64,000 nt of DNA, from NCBI GenBank assembly GCA_964016885.1, contig OZ024742.1:309380001-309444000 (forward strand), given 5' to 3'. Shown piece by piece: positions 58,961-64,000 of this stretch. Numbering within the stretch: position 1 is the first letter of the stretch; each line of letters starts with the position of its first letter. The translations under genes and the position numbers were made by a program. A model generated the notes under the pieces. It was not told the DNA's origin, made no database searches, and saw only the letters and a list, made by a program, of their open reading frames with translations. The DNA comes from Eledone cirrhosa (lineage: Eukaryota).

Positions 58961-60719
58961 TCGTCTAATCAGTGCATTCCACTTGGTCAATGTCTGGCCT
59001 GCTAGACAGATGGTCAAGGGAAATGGCCTCTCTTACATTTGCTGTGTCCGTAGCAACACCTTCTTCTTGGTGTCCCTTGTTTCCAGAGTTTGTTATGTCA
59101 TGGTGCGACCGAGTATCCAGCGGTATATATGTAGCGAATCTAATCAGAGAGATTTGAACTATTGCTCTCCCGGTTGACGAAGTAAATCAAGCAACCACAC
59201 ACGCCGACCTCAGGACTCATAGATAAGCGATTTTCCTCTTGCTGTAATCAAAGTATTTTACCTCCTTTGTTTCGGGACTTGTGTCACCAAGTTGTCTCGA
59301 AGAATTGTGTTTTCTAAAGGCCATCTGTTTATTGTCAACTACAAGAGAATCTTCAGAAATAGTCTGCCCTCGGTCGTCCAGAAGCCAGTTCGGTTCAGTT
59401 CACGACAGAGATCAGAACGATGTAGTTGCCAACACAATCACTCCGTCACGAACGGAGACAGTCATACTCCTGTTCGATTCCAACAAAGGTTAATTCGATA
59501 CTACTTTTCAGACTACTAATTCTGGCATCTACGCCAAACCAATCACACAAACATGATACACAATTTTACTTTGACGCTTTGTTGTTTTTCCAATGTTATC
59601 ATAATAACTTCGTCGTAAGTTATTCTCGTTAATAGAATTATTAAAGTAGCGGCCTTTGTTATTGTCTATTCACTACTGGCTATGGCAACCATACACCTCG
59701 ACTCACTGACACAGAAAATATTGTGTGGTTTAAAAGATTTGACTGTTGTTTCTAACATGCCAATTAACCACTTAGAGTCTCTTGAGTATATAATAATTTT
59801 GAGTAACCTCCCCTCGTTTATTTATTGTCAACAACCCAAAAAGCGCCACTTTCGACTGTGTTAAAATTTATTCATGAAATTTTACAATTATTCTTCCGAG
59901 CTCACAAACAACTCATCTAGTTTCGTCCGAGACTTAATTACTTAGATGTGTAAAATTTATTTATAACAATGACAATTAACATGAACTGAAGAAATGTTTG
60001 GTTTTAGCCTGAAAAAAAAATGTTAATATATCATTATGCTCGTTCCATTACGTGAAGTGGTTGATATAGTAACATTACAAACATTGTCTGAATATACATG
60101 TCTGTTGAAGTTATTTTACTGAACTAATAATTAATTACAGAAACTTGACGCATTAGTTAATTGCGAATTAAAGTGGAATTATCTGAACGAGGCGAATTAA
60201 TGGTAAAATCATTTTAAATATTTCTTTCAAAAACTTTTTCGTCGTTTCTGTAATTTGAGAAAAACAAAAACAAAATACCTTACAACCATCCTACCCTTAA
60301 AATATCCTTTTAATAATGTCTAGTATTAAGTAGTCATACGGTTTAACAGTAACATTCATAATATAATGTACACACACACACTTGTATATATGATTATATA
60401 TAAATATATATATAGTTATACTATATAAAGAAACAATAATTTTAATTTTGAAGTATATAAATAAATTTACAGTAAAATAACATAACAAATAGAATGTAAT
60501 TATATATAGGAAGAATTAATTTCATTCACAGTTGTATACATAACATTACAAATGGGCAAATAATATAAATTGCTCGCAATTCGGTCAGAAGAACATTACA
60601 AATATAAACGCATAAAAGAGAGAAAACAAATGAGGAAAGAAAAAAAAGTAATGTTATTATACAACTGTGTATAAAATTAATTCCTCTTGTATCTACAATA
60701 AAAAAATAAATTATATATA

Positions 60720-60824
60720 TACAGGGTCTCCCCCAAAAATGTATACACACTTAGATTACCTGTACAGGCAATATTTATATTAGTGCTGTGAAGTGTGTGT
60801 ATATTTTGGAGGGGACACCCTGTA
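60720..60824. mobile_element. Tc1/mariner-type MITE with TA TSD
   Basis: TA-CAGGGTCTCCCC..AAAATGTATACACACTT ... AAGTGTGTGTATATTTT..GGGGACACCCTG-TA. Confidence 0.85.
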
Positions 60825-61150
60825 TATAATATTGCTCACTAGTAATTATTCCTGTTATTAATGTCATACTTTACCACGTTTAGAACATAACAACAATTTT
60901 GTGGCCACCGACGTTGTTCCTCAATTTTCTTAATGAAATTTTGCAGTCTTTAATTATTGTATATTTTCGTTTGTTAATGTTTTTATTTACCGAATACTTT
61001 CAATCTATGTTTGTTATAGGTTAAAAGTAAACTCGGAAATAATTTCATTATACCTCCTAATTTCATGTTGATAATTAATAATATCAATCAAGATAGTATC
61101 AATAGAGTTTGTACAGTGTTAGGTATATTTTTATTATAAATAATTATTAT

Positions 61151-62166
61151 ACTCGACTCCTTAATGGAATTCTCGGGTTGGGTAACCATATACGACGGTT
61201 TTATAAGCCATATTCATTCAAAACATCTTTTTTTAAATCATTGGAAAAAATTAAATTACACTTACAAAATTCTAAAAAACACGCTTAAAAATGATTACAC
61301 CCGTGTCCTAGACGGGTGTAATAATTCTACTACTATGAATTACGACAAAGAATAAAATGTATTTTATTAATATAAAGCATATCTGCAAAATTTCCTTTAA
61401 AAATATGCATTGATAAAGTTGAGAAAATAAAGACGTGGTGATGGTGCTGGGCCAGTAAACTGTAATCATGTCTATCTTAGGAATTCCTTAGTGACGCTAA
61501 TATCTCTTATCTTCCCGTAAAACATGTCCACACGTGTTATGACCCAGCTAGAGGTTTTCTTTCGTTAATTGCAGGGTTTATAGTTACTGATTGAAGAAAG
61601 GACGTATCAACTTTATATTTGCACATTTACTTATAAATTACTTATTTATTGATTTTTTTTTTTTTTCACCGGCACAGAATTTGACTCTTTTGTTATTAAG
61701 GTGTATTTTTATTACATATATAATGTACAACAGAAACTAAAGAAGAAAAAAACATGAGTAAAGAAGAAAAACGTGATGTGATAGGGCGAAGGCCGGGCAC
61801 ATTTAATCACACCTTAACAATTTTTTTAAGCAAGCCAACACACACAGCGCTGCCGCCGGTATCGCCTGATAACTTAACATATTTCATACGAAATTGCCCC
61901 AAACCGTCTCTGTGTCTGAAATAAAACCACTCATTTCTAAAAGTTCCTATTCGAATTAAATTCTTTTGTAAAATGTTACCATTTACACCCGTCTCTGAAA
62001 CAGGTGTAATAGTAAAAAAAAATGTTTATTGTAAGTGAAATTAGTTAAGTTTGGTTCTAATTTTGAAGGAGAAATTTATATTTTTCCTGTGATTTAAAAA
62101 AAAAAATGTTTTGAACGAATATGTCCTTCAAAACCGTCGTAAACTACTTTTTTTCTTGTAGTCGAA
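61151..62166. mobile_element. ~1-kb non-autonomous element with ~170-bp imperfect terminal inverted repeats
   Basis: tacgacggtttt...catattcattcaaaacat...ttacacccgt..acgggtgtaa is mirrored at 61982-62166. Confidence 0.7.
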
Positions 62167-62947
62167 TGGAATAAAATTGCGAGATACCAGGAATTACCAG
62201 CAAACTATTTTTCCAGCCTGTTATTGTTTTCGACTTGTCTTACCGAGTACTTGGTTGTACAAGCGCCTCAGCTTTGGTATCAACTGTGGTAATGTTGTGA
62301 CTGTTGGTTTGCCTAAAAAAATGATAGAAAAATACTAGAGAGATCCTTCAGCACTCCTTATGGTGTGTGATTGAGTGTTTAGATCTTCCCACATCCTTTT
62401 TTACTTCTTTTATTAACCTCCCTTTTCTATTTTAGTACAGTATATACATGTGAAAGAAATTTATTAAACAGTAAGAGAAAAATGACAAAGTGGAAGGCGG
62501 AGAGAAACAAATTTAATAATAAAAAAGGGTCAAAGCTAATGTACATGCTAGTGGGAGGATGACTAATTGATAATTATCACTTGTAGCCATCAAAAGTTGA
62601 CAGCATTTCTTCTGTTTTGTGCTCCTTCATTAAGACTTATATACTAGTATATAAGTCGAGAAATGTGACAAAAAAGTCGCTAGTAAAATGGGGCCGACTT
62701 ATATTTGAGGTCAATATTTTGCTGATTTTCACCAACTTCAAAATTCGATGTAAATGAGGTGCTAAAATAGTTTCGTTTTGGACGTAGATATTACACTGGC
62801 TTCACTTTCATTGTGAAATTCATATTTACTATTGTTTTTGATATGCCTTGAATGAATATGACTTTCAAAACGGTTGGAAATTGGTAAAGAAAATCCTTAC
62901 ATAATGGAGTTGTGAAATAAAAACTAGACATTAAACGACAAAGCATT

Positions 62948-64000
62948 TTCTTCTTCGCCCACTTATTCTTGAGAGCGTCATAGGGGACGAGTCCTCAAAC
63001 ACTTCTTCTAGTGTGTCATGTCAGAAGCACTCGTCTCCAATTGATCTGGTTGGTTTTGCCCTTAAAATCTGTCCAGTGATTCTTTCCTGAGACATTCTAA
63101 CCACATACCTGCTGTGATCTCTCAATTCGGAGAAGTAGCAGCTCTACCTGGAGCAACTCTGATCCCTGAGCTACACACATTATCAAGTAACATTTCTTCA
63201 AAGACCCTTCAGAAGAAACCTATTTCAACCGCTTGTATTTGCGATCATATTCTTTCAGTCGTTACCCAAGATTCATGACCATAGGTATGGGTTGGCATGA
63301 ATACCGAATTGAAGATAGTTTGGCCTTTACACCTATCTCCCTTCTTCTGATTACCGAATGCTGAAGCTGGCACATTACTGCACCAGCTCCTGCAATTCTT
63401 GCACTTCATTCAGCCTCCTGCTCTCCATCACTCATTAACATGGCCCTGAGATGCTTGAACTTATCTACCTGTTTCAGTGGAACTCCAGTCACATATGGAG
63501 TGCACTGCACAGGCTTCTTTGAGAAGACAAGTGTTTCATTCTTTGCAGCACTGATTTTCATTCCAGCCGTGCAGCACTTGGCAGCAAACTTATCAATTGC
63601 ATGTCAGAGATCACCTGCTGATGAGTTGAGTAATACCATGTTGTTTGCAAATTCCAGCCGACTGATCCTACACATGCCAGTTGTGATACTACTTCCAACT
63701 TGGCTGCACATGTCAATCCTGTTCATGAAGATTATAAACAGGAGAAGCCAGAGTATGCACCATTGGTGGAGTCAGATTCTCATATTGAATGGTTTCCGAT
63801 TTAGCACCATTTATCTGAACACAAATACTCAAGCATGCATATAGAGACATCAGAGTAATAAGAAAGAGCCCATCGATCCCATACTCTTGGAGAACCTTCC
63901 ACAGTAGGTCCCGTGGACCATGGTCATATACCTTTTTAAGGTCTACAGAGCAAAAATGCACCTCTTGGCAGTACTCCCATGATTTCTCAAAGACCTGTCT
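62948..64000 (-). pseudogene. Decayed RTE LINE (same family as 56150-56872), running off the window end
   Basis: VDLKKVYDHGPRDLLWKVLQEYGIDG, FKHLR and RIERSQ fragments; ttcttcttc tail at ~62948. Confidence 0.85.

Noticed and set aside
59160-59640. Possible integrase-like remnant (LLDDRG on the minus strand)
   Set aside because: Single weak motif with stops; insufficient support

Overview
AT-rich, repeat-dense animal genomic DNA. The repeat landscape suggests an octopus or other coleoid cephalopod (inference, not verified). One host gene is present: spartin (SPART/SPG20) on the minus strand. It has six coding exons (35544-34818, 33488-33288, 30473-30282, 27554-27396, 25306-25216, 23601-23367) that splice in frame through GT-AG introns to about 534 aa, and probably an upstream non-coding exon. 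The rest is repeats: a ~6-kb (TA)n/(TACA) microsatellite, two young 5'-truncated RTE LINEs with a PHD-like finger, a CR1 fragment, decayed RTE copies, several tRNA-derived SINE families, TTAA-, TA- and hAT-type MITEs, and minisatellites. Many of these are nested in one another. The most interesting unannotated signal is a set of small non-coding islands in or next to (TA)n tracts. These form long fold-back palindromes and/or carry minimal type I hammerhead ribozyme motifs, with intact cores at 763-829, 20237-20295 and 20479-20537 and decayed ones elsewhere. They resemble Penelope-like/retrozyme-type elements that target TA microsatellites. All long Y/I/T/H/M-rich ORFs are microsatellite artefacts.
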